From IMG/VR virus record IMGVR_UViG_3300025121_000017: a stretch of 64,000 nucleotides of DNA; one strand, 5' to 3'. Source of the DNA: an uncultured virus (IMG/VR IMGVR_UViG_3300025121_000017) (lineage: Duplodnaviria; Heunggongvirae; Uroviricota; Caudoviricetes). The notes beneath the pieces were generated by a model, which searched no databases, had not been told where the DNA came from, and saw nothing but the letters and a program-made list of their open reading frames with translations. Made by a program: the position numbers and the translations under genes. Shown here in pieces: positions 19,201-26,923 of this stretch; the first letter of the stretch is position 1; each line of letters opens with the position of its first letter.

Positions 19201-20262
19201 TGCAACCTACAGCTGCGCTTCGTGCGCCCGGTGCAGGATAAGAGTGGGCGCACGAAGACCAAGTTTTTAAACGGCGGCAACCCGGGCGCAACGTACGGCG
19301 AGGATGGTCTACCGTTCGCGTACGGCGAGCCGCACAAGCTCGACGGCGCGGAGCTCGCTCTATTTTTCGAGGGAGGCCCCGACACGCACGCGGGAATGCT
19401 GCTAGCGCGGGAAATGGAGGATGCCATCGCGCTCGGGACTCTGGACGCGGGCCACATGGTGAAGCTCGCGGACCTGGTGCATCGATGCCTGGCGCCTCCG
19501 AAACGCGCGATGGTGTTCCCCCACAAGGATGCGGTGCAGTCGCACCAAGGGCGCTATTATAGCCAGGGCCACGAGGCGGGAGAGAAGCTCCACGGCGCGC
19601 TGATCTGGGGAGACTTACCCGCGCAGGCCGAAGTGGTGCTCGTAGGTACGGGGCACCGACAGGACGCGCGGATCGGGATGGAAGAGTCGCAGAGTGATCG
19701 GGTGTTCAACGCGCTGGTGGACGACGCGGTGGACGTCGTCCGTCATGTTCAGGAACGCTGCAAGATCGTCCGAGGTGTCTCTGGCATGGCGCTGTTCTGG
19801 GACCAGGCGTTAGCGCAGGCTTTCAACTTCCTTGGGGTCCCCTGGACGGCTGCGCTGCCTTTTGACGGGCAGGAAGAGCGCTGGTCCGAGGCGTCGAGGG
19901 CCAGGTGGCGGAAGATTCTGTCCGGCGCGACGGAGCAGCACGTCGTGTGCCCTGGACCGTACCGAGACGGGGTGCTTCAGGCGCGCAACGAGTGGATGGC
20001 GAGGCGAGGGACGCATACGATTGCTCTGTGGGACGGAAGTCCGGGAGGCACGGCGAATTACTTGCGGTACAACGCAGAGAGCGTTAAGACGCCGGTGTTC
20101 AACGCGTGGAAGGTCTGGACGAAGGCGTATAAGCTGTGGGAATGGAATGAAGCGTTGGACGCGTTGGGGCTGGAGCGGCGAGATGGGTGGGACGTCGCGG
20201 ACGTGTTGAAGATGGTTGGGAGAGAGAGGCTGCTGGGTGAGGTACTGCGGCAGCTGAAGTAA
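15706..20262 (+). CDS. multidomain primase: ASCH, Zn-binding, split Macro containing DUF4326 and NADAR-like, TOPRIM with inserted YspA/SLOG
   Basis: ASCH GQKTVETR; CPAC..HC; VNCEGVMGKG and PALGCQNG; GNPF..GKRIACVC..CH; HLNIYS..LGRFWSNF..SIEGLWY; FEGGPD; TGHR..GMA..ARNEWM..WDGSPGGT. GTG 15706 follows GAGGGG. Confidence 0.8.
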   Translation: MAQLDLFGGDSADNRRRDVPARAAGDRQCTSAARDTHSTGQSGGVAASSTAEGAAQWRDLGTGDCAAGVPCAGNGDVTRVAEMGGTPAGGEANIAMLVDESIGGVGGDARSGLHENAIAQGNAGGDTPLERGVCASDGDSSGGACGASARERDPAPGAQPDRCPITHVATCQEPWLTALLDGQKTVETRWANDTRPPYNRVQQGDRLIFKAGGMLLGEAFVTHARGYSIASGESVPDVRREALLDDWDARVQAHKYVTLIWLDAARRYAVPVRFTGPMRPSWVVDWRDKDGHIRRVVRSISSLSRAEDEVRSTLALPSEQAGDCTSGTSGFAPNGALDRETDPQVGEGYSAVGLDGRALETEGIADADTARMAMPADGEHVQGLDTVTAAPSPEARGGLIAGPTPAGDTVPTEAAGLDVERGDAAAGGVGTAVAPHRYVLLSPDAIFLASPADYCRHVVACYLQRVPISGADRLPQASALWEKCRVELGDAEEMPPDIPDERWIDFISLLERTGRVKKVWPEIATRRKERKNCAKLADAILDTRLTASALGLAENECPACRECDDTMKHFGGDGGKAKWKHFRGHCGDGGGPAKMAELVLGKDGAAAFLSDQVGEQTPAPPEWPQEDMSRVSDDPDEEEDDEEGAPAEPKKAWYGPAHVARAWEACRSLDELPEYRPGMRVELAGSALTWPADVRICTVNCEGVMGKGVAAAFKEAYPGLLEAYQVACRGETSTTCRVHVGQPHDVLATRPSVLGNPFSHLERSTADVYVATRDEACDAHEFWLRTGELSEACRAQFTSEALQALEAQRRDVLAHLPDLWGKRIACVCRAEERCHVDTLVRLADETHTGLVSAASVPRVEHDGVTHLNIYSQAETELGRFWSNFQYAPTRTEDGPFDSIEGLWYYLLSAPTPAREKLRTLSGYEAKQYGRTLPREDWRDTADFRRKVCAALHLKGEASPRMLAALKASTLPLDHYYVYGDAAKRPERGRWMLQCLEAMRRGTPAPVELRPGGVFRWDAPDGTVVLCAATKDAWKEPSRYTWVEACAAELRRHVDTLHAERRRLRVALPALGCQNGKLDWEGVLVRLEYAFRGCKADVVVLSPDAEKRASTVDDPVARYVDSRQLLSPEIDARAADSDTPLRLGLEPLLAQAPALVTPIRDAAGVVCNLQLRFVRPVQDKSGRTKTKFLNGGNPGATYGEDGLPFAYGEPHKLDGAELALFFEGGPDTHAGMLLAREMEDAIALGTLDAGHMVKLADLVHRCLAPPKRAMVFPHKDAVQSHQGRYYSQGHEAGEKLHGALIWGDLPAQAEVVLVGTGHRQDARIGMEESQSDRVFNALVDDAVDVVRHVQERCKIVRGVSGMALFWDQALAQAFNFLGVPWTAALPFDGQEERWSEASRARWRKILSGATEQHVVCPGPYRDGVLQARNEWMARRGTHTIALWDGSPGGTANYLRYNAESVKTPVFNAWKVWTKAYKLWEWNEALDALGLERRDGWDVADVLKMVGRERLLGEVLRQLK

Positions 20263-20280
20263 CGTATAGTGAGGTAACGC

Positions 20281-20961
20281 ATGGAGACGGAGACTTTCCC
20301 GCACAGGGTGGAGTGGTGCTCGTGGACACCGGAAGAGACGGGCGAATCGACAGCGGTTCCTGCGTTGCTCGAAAGAGCCAGGCAGCAGATTGACCAGTTG
20401 ACGGAACGCATCCGGGAACTCGAAGAAAGCAAGGTCGACAAGCAGACTGCGCTGGAGTTGAGCCGACGCGTACCTCTGACGGCACAGGCGCTGGAGGAGC
20501 GGTTGGAGGCAGCACGTGAGGCGGTGCGAGACCAAACGCGTGAGACGGTTGCGCGCTATGCAGAGGAAGCCCGCGTGGGGCGCGAGGCAAGCGGGGATGT
20601 GCGCACTTTACAGCGTCGCGTCACCGAGCTGGAGCGAGAGCTAAAGACCGCGCAACAAGCGCTCGCTGCGCCCGAGGCAGAGTGGGAGCGACGGCGGGCT
20701 CGATTGCTTGACCTGCACGCGCAAGACTTGGCGTACATTCAGCGTGGGACTGAGCTGGCAAAACTTGAGCATCTTAAAGCCCTGGATGAGCTCAGAGCGT
20801 CGCACGCCAAGGCAGCGATCGCAACAGATGCGACGATTCAACGGCTCAGGCAGTCATTGTCTACTGTGCGAGAAGTGGTTGCGCAGGAGGAGCGCGAGAA
20901 GTTGTGTGCGCAGGTGACTCGTTACCTGAGCGATGCGCACGTCGATGGCAGCGAAGATTAA
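20281..20961 (+). CDS. coiled-coil hypothetical protein
   Basis: GAGGT RBS; heptad-rich. Confidence 0.7.
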   Translation: METETFPHRVEWCSWTPEETGESTAVPALLERARQQIDQLTERIRELEESKVDKQTALELSRRVPLTAQALEERLEAAREAVRDQTRETVARYAEEARVGREASGDVRTLQRRVTELERELKTAQQALAAPEAEWERRRARLLDLHAQDLAYIQRGTELAKLEHLKALDELRASHAKAAIATDATIQRLRQSLSTVREVVAQEEREKLCAQVTRYLSDAHVDGSED

Positions 20962-20972
20962 TTCTCAAAATA

Positions 20973-21006
20973 GTCATTGACATTCTATCTTCATTCTCGT
21001 TATAAT
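20973..21006 (+). promoter_or_regulatory. GTCATTGACA-class promoter
   Basis: GTCATTGACA-18-TATAAT. Confidence 0.75.
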
Positions 21007-21097
21007 CTCTCCACAAGAACGCACCGTGTGTCCGTGCAGTTTCGTTCAGGTTTGCGATGCCGCTCACGGTGCGTTCGCTTATTTAAGCTGAGGTCGC

Positions 21098-22039
21098 ATG
21101 TCCGCAGAGCTCGTGAACGTCTTGGTCGATGTGGTAACCGCAGGCGGGGAGCGCATAATCGTCGGCGTGCCTTGTGCCACGCGGGAGATTGATTTGGCGC
21201 AGCCGTCGACTGCCAAACCAACGGCAACGATTAAACGCAGCAGCTCGCCTCAATACCCGATGCCCTGTCATTCTTGGATCGGCGGCAAGAGACATCTTGT
21301 TCCGCACGTCTTAAGTCTTCTGCCGGCTCGGATCCGCACCTTCCGCTCCCCATTCCTGGGCGCCGGAGCCGTGGAACTCGCTGCACTCTCGCTCAAACGG
21401 CACGACCACGCTGTCCTCAGCGACGTCAACGCGTGGCTTATCCGCCAGTGGGGTGAAGTATGCGCAGATCCTGCCGTGGTTCATGCGGACCTGTTGCGCC
21501 TCGAGGAACGGCAGGATCACGCGGAGGCGCGCCGGGAGCTGAACCGCGGAGGCTGGAGCCCTGGTCTACTCGCCTGGATAGTGACGAGATCGTTCTCGGG
21601 GATGTTTCGCGTGAACCGGTCAGGCAAGTTCAACGCGCCGTACGACGCGGCGAAGAAACGGCCGCTGCCGGGACTGGCGCGCCTTGAGCTCGTGCGAGAC
21701 ACCGTGGCTGGGGCGCGGATCTCCTGTCGAGACTTCCTCGAGGCGTTGCCCGAAGTGGAGGAGGGTGACGTTCAGTTTCTGGATCCGCCCTACATCAACA
21801 CCTTCGACGGGTACAGCGCGTGCGGTTGGGGCGTGCCGCAGGTGGAGACACTGTTTGATGGTATTCGGTTGGCGCAGGTGAAAGGCGCTACGTCGATCTT
21901 GACCGAGACGGTGGAGATCCTGCCGTGGGTCGAGGGGCTGACCGGGAATGTTGAGGTGCTCCAGCGGGCGAAGGGGCACGTGATGAACGGGGCAAGGAAG
22001 ATTAAGCAGATGGAAGTGATTGTGACGGTGAGGCCATAG
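21098..22039 (+). CDS. dam: DNA adenine methyltransferase (D12/Dam class)
   Basis: WIGGKR, PFLGAGAV, FRVNRSGKFNAPY, FLDPPY. Confidence 0.9.
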   Translation: MSAELVNVLVDVVTAGGERIIVGVPCATREIDLAQPSTAKPTATIKRSSSPQYPMPCHSWIGGKRHLVPHVLSLLPARIRTFRSPFLGAGAVELAALSLKRHDHAVLSDVNAWLIRQWGEVCADPAVVHADLLRLEERQDHAEARRELNRGGWSPGLLAWIVTRSFSGMFRVNRSGKFNAPYDAAKKRPLPGLARLELVRDTVAGARISCRDFLEALPEVEEGDVQFLDPPYINTFDGYSACGWGVPQVETLFDGIRLAQVKGATSILTETVEILPWVEGLTGNVEVLQRAKGHVMNGARKIKQMEVIVTVRP

Positions 22040-22047
22040 AGGACACC

Positions 22048-22248
22048 ATGTGGGCACTACCGCTGATTTGTTGGTACAGCCTCCTGGCTGTAGAGGCTGG
22101 AGATGTAATTTACACGTGGGAGCGCGCAGACGGCACCACAGTTGAGTGCACTGACGTTAGTCCGGTGCGCCCACCTTTTTTAATGGACGCGCGCTCCAAG
22201 GGGATCGTGGTCAAGCTGTTGAGGCACAGGACGGCACGCGTGCCGTGA
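22048..22248 (+). CDS. hypothetical protein
   Basis: GAGGA RBS. Confidence 0.5.
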   Translation: MWALPLICWYSLLAVEAGDVIYTWERADGTTVECTDVSPVRPPFLMDARSKGIVVKLLRHRTARVP

Positions 22249-22263
22249 AATGAGAGGGACACT

Positions 22264-23031
22264 ATGCCTGACTGGATCTGTACCTGGCCCAAAATCAAGG
22301 ACCACGACCGCCCGCTCATCTGGCGCGCCGTCGACTGCCTGCCCTCTGCTCGCTCGGGTCGCTGGCTCTACCCCGTCCGGTATGCGGACGGCGCACAGGA
22401 GCCTTTTCCGCACCCGGCGACAGAAGTTCACTTCCACGCGCCCGGGTCCACGTCCTCTCAGGGCTACGGCGGGCGCAAGATGGATTTTACGCTCGATGAC
22501 GGCTCGGTCGAGCACACGCAGGGGCCGTGGCACGGCTCGGCTGAGAGTCTGCTGCAGGACACCGGCGTAGACATGCAGGATAAGTACCTGACGTTCTGTG
22601 TCATCGGGACCGGGCACGAGCGTAACCCGGAACGTGTGACAGGCGTGCTGCACCAGGATGTCGATTACGTCGTGAGCGAGTTTGACCGCCCGCAGAAGCT
22701 CGCGCAGCAATATGCGGACCGGTTGCGTAAGTCGGTGTACCTTTGGGCCGCTACGGCAGGTGGCGGGCGCATGTGCTGGGTGAGGCCGACGGAGCTGGAA
22801 GCGGCGGCGGATGAACTCTTCCGGACACGGGGACACAAGATGGCGCACTGTGCAGTTGCTACGCGGCTGGCTGCGGAAGGATTTGAGGTGCAGGCCAGGC
22901 TCCACGGGACCAGTGATTGGAGCGATCAGAAGCGCGTGACCCTGGCGTCGGATAGCATGCTGTTCGTTCCGGTGGGGTATACTCTCAATTGCTTTGACGT
23001 TGTGGCGATGCCGCCGACGCAGGAGGTATAG
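22264..23031 (+). CDS. hypothetical protein
   Basis: GAGGG RBS; 255 aa. Confidence 0.65.
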   Translation: MPDWICTWPKIKDHDRPLIWRAVDCLPSARSGRWLYPVRYADGAQEPFPHPATEVHFHAPGSTSSQGYGGRKMDFTLDDGSVEHTQGPWHGSAESLLQDTGVDMQDKYLTFCVIGTGHERNPERVTGVLHQDVDYVVSEFDRPQKLAQQYADRLRKSVYLWAATAGGGRMCWVRPTELEAAADELFRTRGHKMAHCAVATRLAAEGFEVQARLHGTSDWSDQKRVTLASDSMLFVPVGYTLNCFDVVAMPPTQEV

Positions 23032-23033
23032 CC

Positions 23034-23351
23034 TTGACCTGGGACGCACAGATCGCGGCGCTGAAACGTTCGGGTGGGCCGAAGCCCGTTCCAATGCGAC
23101 CGCCTTATACCGCGCCAGACGGCTGGAATCCCATGGCGTCCGCGCCGATGCGTAGTCAGCATATTCGTGTGGTGTGCAGGGACGGCACGGTGCATGAGGA
23201 CGCTCATTGGACGTCGGACCTATCTGGCGAAGAACAGCCAGCATTTCAAGGATGGTTTATCCCGTGTGGAGGTCACTTCGCGCAGATTGAAGAGCCCGTG
23301 GGTTGGCTACCTCGCACTAATAGAGTAGGAAAGGAGGCGTCATGTCCATAA
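23034..23351 (+). CDS. hypothetical protein (DUF551-like)
   Basis: GWNPMASAP...PVGWLP. Confidence 0.5.
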   Translation: MTWDAQIAALKRSGGPKPVPMRPPYTAPDGWNPMASAPMRSQHIRVVCRDGTVHEDAHWTSDLSGEEQPAFQGWFIPCGGHFAQIEEPVGWLPRTNRVGKEASCP

Positions 23352-23630
23352 CTGTCTACCGTATTCGGGATGTTGCCTACAGCCCTAAACTCGAGACAAA
23401 AGACGTAGTGAGGCTGACCGCGTCTTTTGTCTTTTTTGCCGGATGGGAGGCGCGAAGGATGCGCGTCGGGATACGATACTACGTCATGGTGCGCATCGGA
23501 AGAGGCTGCCTTGGCGGAAGGAAGGCAGAGGCTTGTGGACGCGGTTGCTGCGACTGAGCGTGCTCTAGCCGAGAAGCGAGCGGACCTGTCCCGCTTCAAT
23601 GCCTGCTTTCCCGCTTCGGGTGTGGGGTGA
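23342..23630 (+). pseudogene. small gene split by a frameshift in a T6 run
   Basis: Removing one T at 23432-23437 joins ...TASFVF to LPDGRREG... Confidence 0.5.
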
Positions 23631-23636
23631 GCCCCT

Positions 23637-24104
23637 ATGCAAGACACTGAGCATGATACCCCCGCCTGCTTCCTGTGCAGCGCCCCTGCTCGTTACTTCG
23701 GGCCGCTTCTTAGCGGCGGCGCGCCCAGATGCATCTGGGAAATCCAATGCTGCGACTGCGGTGCAAGCGTTCAAGGATGTGCAGAGACGTCGGACGAAGC
23801 TCAAGCGTGTGCCCTGGCGAAGTGGAGCCGACGTCCAGCTCGTCTCGCTGAGTTAATGTCCTGGCTCGAGGCTCGAGGGCTTCCCGCGAACTACCCGCTT
23901 CACCCAGGCGAGGAGCTGCCATGGGGCTGGGTCGTGTTCGACGCGGACATGCAGGTTACCGGGCACGGGACAGCGCCAGAAGGTTCATACGCGCGGCTAC
24001 ACGACGACGCCGATAGCGCGCGGCGCTGGGACCACGCATTGCTTACTGCGGAACAGCGCGCGGCGGCGCTCAAGCTGGCGAGGACTCCTCATGCAGAGCT
24101 GTAG
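23637..24104 (+). CDS. Lar-like Zn-ribbon protein
   Basis: CFLC...CCDCGA...A..W. Confidence 0.45.
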   Translation: MQDTEHDTPACFLCSAPARYFGPLLSGGAPRCIWEIQCCDCGASVQGCAETSDEAQACALAKWSRRPARLAELMSWLEARGLPANYPLHPGEELPWGWVVFDADMQVTGHGTAPEGSYARLHDDADSARRWDHALLTAEQRAAALKLARTPHAEL

Positions 24105-24816
24105 CAATCTCATAATCGGGGCAGAGATCGCAGATTTCAGCATCCGCTGGAACTACGTCGCCAGGTCGTTCCCAGGCGCACTCCCGTACGCGGTGTATCG
24201 CGACAAAGAACTTGTGGGCATGTACGCGCACGCGCCAGCCTGCCCTCAGGGCGAGACGGTGCGCTGGGAGCGGAGATACGGCAGCCACACTCATGTTCTT
24301 TGGCTGTCGCCTGATCTTAACTGGTCGCTTGAATACGGACGCTTGGACTGGCCCGATGCGGACCAACGCGTCGTCCTGGTCGGTGAGATGAATCCGTACC
24401 GGGGTCGCCCGGACTTTGACATGTACGATCTTCCTGTGCGCGCTTCAGGGCATCGGTTGCGCACCCTCGTGCTGGGTGTTCCTCGCGTGGAATACTACCG
24501 GCGCTTCGTGCGGCGCAACCTGTGCGTCGAGAAGTGGTCCGCGCCTGCTGCGAGGAAGCGGGCTGCGGAATTGTGCGAAGAATTCCCCACGCAGACCTTC
24601 GTGCTTCTCGGGAAGAAGGTGCGGGACGCGTTCGGTATCTACTCTGTCAAGGACTTCGACGTGATACAGCGGGAGCGCACTGTGGTGTTGTTGCCGCATC
24701 CGTCTGGACTTTGTCGTGCTTGGGGCGAGGACGGAGCGTTCGCGCGGGCGAGAGCTGTTCTGGGGGAGGCTTGTCCGTGGCTGAGTGATGTGCTGGGGAC
24801 GCGGTGTAACGACTGA
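24091..24816 (+). CDS. uracil-DNA-glycosylase-superfamily protein with N-terminal extension
   Basis: VLVGEMNP, SGHRL, RNLC, VLLG, LPHPSG. Confidence 0.7.
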   Translation: MQSCSNLIIGAEIADFSIRWNYVARSFPGALPYAVYRDKELVGMYAHAPACPQGETVRWERRYGSHTHVLWLSPDLNWSLEYGRLDWPDADQRVVLVGEMNPYRGRPDFDMYDLPVRASGHRLRTLVLGVPRVEYYRRFVRRNLCVEKWSAPAARKRAAELCEEFPTQTFVLLGKKVRDAFGIYSVKDFDVIQRERTVVLLPHPSGLCRAWGEDGAFARARAVLGEACPWLSDVLGTRCND

Positions 24817-24826
24817 AGGGAACGCA

Positions 24827-25462
24827 ATGTACTCAGTGGCGATAAACAAACTGTTGGCCGCAGCAGAGGCGCATGGGCTACAAGTCCTCGTGCGCAGCCC
24901 GGAGATCGGGGACAGCGTGATTGGCCAGATAGATTACGCAGCGCAGACGATCAAGATCAACACACCGTCCGCAGAGCTTGCGTGCGTAGCCCTGGCGCAT
25001 GAACTCGGGCATTGGGCGTGGTTTACACGGCAGAGGCTACCCGCAGAGGAAGTTGAGGTACGGACTACGAGTGCGGCGCGGGAAAGGCGCGCGTACCTGT
25101 ACGGGTGGGCCATTCTCTGCAAGCTGGCCCCAGGGACGGTGACTAGGGCTGTTTGGCGTCGCTGGCACGCAGCGGAGAAGGGGTGCACGTTGGAGGACAC
25201 TACACCGACAGTAGGCTGGTGGTCTACATTCTGCTGTGTCCGCGATTTGAGCCGCATAAGCACGGAAGAGGAGCTTCAGGATTACTTGGAGCAGACCACT
25301 GAATTCCAAGCTACGGGCATGGGGATGGGATACCGGTTCTGGCCGGACGAAGCTTCTGCGCTGCGCGCACTGCGGGAGGACGAGGACGCTGATATGCAAG
25401 TCAGGATCGACGCACGCCTGGAGTGCGTATCAGCTGGCGTGGGGGTGCCTTGGGATGAGTGA
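24827..25462 (+). CDS. ImmA/IrrE-like HExxH metallopeptidase
   Basis: IKIN...LAHELGH...ERRA. Confidence 0.65.
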   Translation: MYSVAINKLLAAAEAHGLQVLVRSPEIGDSVIGQIDYAAQTIKINTPSAELACVALAHELGHWAWFTRQRLPAEEVEVRTTSAARERRAYLYGWAILCKLAPGTVTRAVWRRWHAAEKGCTLEDTTPTVGWWSTFCCVRDLSRISTEEELQDYLEQTTEFQATGMGMGYRFWPDEASALRALREDEDADMQVRIDARLECVSAGVGVPWDE

Positions 25463-25871
25463 TCGTTGCACCGGACACTGCTGCAAGCGCGTACAGCTCC
25501 CGTTCCACCCGGACGAGGTGCCGGCTATGCTCGAGGAGTATCGGCGCGTGCAGGCCGGATACAAGCCGCGAGACGCGTCGGTGCCTGTGTACCGAGAGCT
25601 GCCGAAGATTCTCGAATGCTTTCAGTACACTGACTCGAGCGTGGTGTCTGCCGCGGACGGGCAGGACATCGGCAGGCTCCAGCACTACTACACGTGCCGG
25701 AAGCTCGCTAAGAATGGCGACTGTACGATCTATGCGGATAGGCCAGCTATGTGCCAGCGTTACCCGAACGAGCGCTATTGTTTGTACCGAGACTGTACGT
25801 GGGAAGAGTGGCGTTGCCCCGATGATGTCTGGGGGCAGTGGCAGGCGAAGATGGCGGGGTTTGATGTATGA
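25455..25871 (+). CDS. YkgJ-family cysteine-cluster protein
   Basis: CTGHCC...C..L...CTIYADRPAMCQRYP. Confidence 0.8.
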   Translation: MSDRCTGHCCKRVQLPFHPDEVPAMLEEYRRVQAGYKPRDASVPVYRELPKILECFQYTDSSVVSAADGQDIGRLQHYYTCRKLAKNGDCTIYADRPAMCQRYPNERYCLYRDCTWEEWRCPDDVWGQWQAKMAGFDV

Positions 25872-26290
25872 AAGAGCGCATAGAATCAAGATGGGTCGGA
25901 CCTGTAGTAGAGCGTCCTCTCTACTTTGGCTGCATTGACCTGCCTGGGCACCACCTGTGGGCTTCTGATCGTCATTGGGCTACCGACCAGGAGGCACGCT
26001 TCCTCTATCGCCTGGACACGCCCGCAGCACAGGCGCGACTCCTCCCAGATAATGTGACTCAACCCGAAGGCTTCGCTCAGGTGACCTACGTTCCGAATTG
26101 GGACGTGACCATCCTGGCCTTCTGGGATCGTTCAGTCGACACCCGCCGCGGCGCTTGGTCCGGGTTTATCCTGCCTGGCCGCGTGGAGGGGCTCGATGCA
26201 CTGGAGCAAGCTCGCGCCCACTTCCCCACCATCTGGGCGCGGTACACCTTCCCCATCACTTTAGCTCCACCGCTCGCCATAAATCCTTGA
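25868..26290 (+). CDS. hypothetical protein
   Basis: Overlapping start; LYFGC...GH...FWDRSVD. Confidence 0.65.
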   Translation: MKERIESRWVGPVVERPLYFGCIDLPGHHLWASDRHWATDQEARFLYRLDTPAAQARLLPDNVTQPEGFAQVTYVPNWDVTILAFWDRSVDTRRGAWSGFILPGRVEGLDALEQARAHFPTIWARYTFPITLAPPLAINP

Positions 26291-26316
26291 CACTAGGCAC
26301 GATCCACGCGTAATCT
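26287..26316 (+). promoter_or_regulatory. sigma70-type promoter
   Basis: TTGACA-18-TAATCT. Confidence 0.6.
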
Positions 26317-26353
26317 AACCGTACCGTGCTCTGCGTTGTACCCAAGGAGTTTC

Positions 26354-26845
26354 GTGCCCGACCTGACTTCCGCAGCGATGCAGCACTTCATGTCCAACGC
26401 ATTGGGGGACGCGCGCACCACCTCGAAGCCGTCCGAGCGCAACCGCGTTGTGGAGGAGTGGGTTCCAGTGGAAGACCCCCTCGAGGCGGCGCACAGTGTT
26501 GTTGCGCATCTCTTCGAGGAGCCGACACGCGCGGGACGCCGGGCCGCCGCGAAACGCAAGCGCGCGGTGACGGGGTGGGGAATCGACGCGGACGGGGCGG
26601 ATACGTTCTGTGGAAAGGTCTGCTGCGCGCAGACAGCACTAGACGCGACGCGCCGAGGGCTTCGCACGCGTAACTGGTATCGGAGCCCGGACTACACGGC
26701 GGACGCTGTGCTGTGTGCGCTGTGCGACGGACCGGCCTCGCCCGGGAAGCTGTGCTGCGGAGTCGCTCCCAGGCGCAACGATGAGCTCGTGTGCCGCAGC
26801 TGCCTTGCGGTGTACAAGCGGCAGCAGCGGACAGTGCCTGTCTGA
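26354..26845 (+). CDS. hypothetical Cys-rich protein
   Basis: AAGGAG before GTG 26354; CxxC pairs. Confidence 0.55.
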   Translation: MPDLTSAAMQHFMSNALGDARTTSKPSERNRVVEEWVPVEDPLEAAHSVVAHLFEEPTRAGRRAAAKRKRAVTGWGIDADGADTFCGKVCCAQTALDATRRGLRTRNWYRSPDYTADAVLCALCDGPASPGKLCCGVAPRRNDELVCRSCLAVYKRQQRTVPV

Positions 26846-26857
26846 AACAATTTGCTA

Positions 26858-26873
26858 GGCCGACACGATGGCC
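26858..26873 (+). promoter_or_regulatory. GGCCGACACGATGGCC hairpin, copy 1
   Basis: Exact 16-mer also at 38075; both in leaders of structural genes. Confidence 0.5.
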
Positions 26874-26923
26874 GGACGTCTCTCATGTAGGGGCATCCGG
26901 CTATTTGCGCTTCAGGGGTCCGT

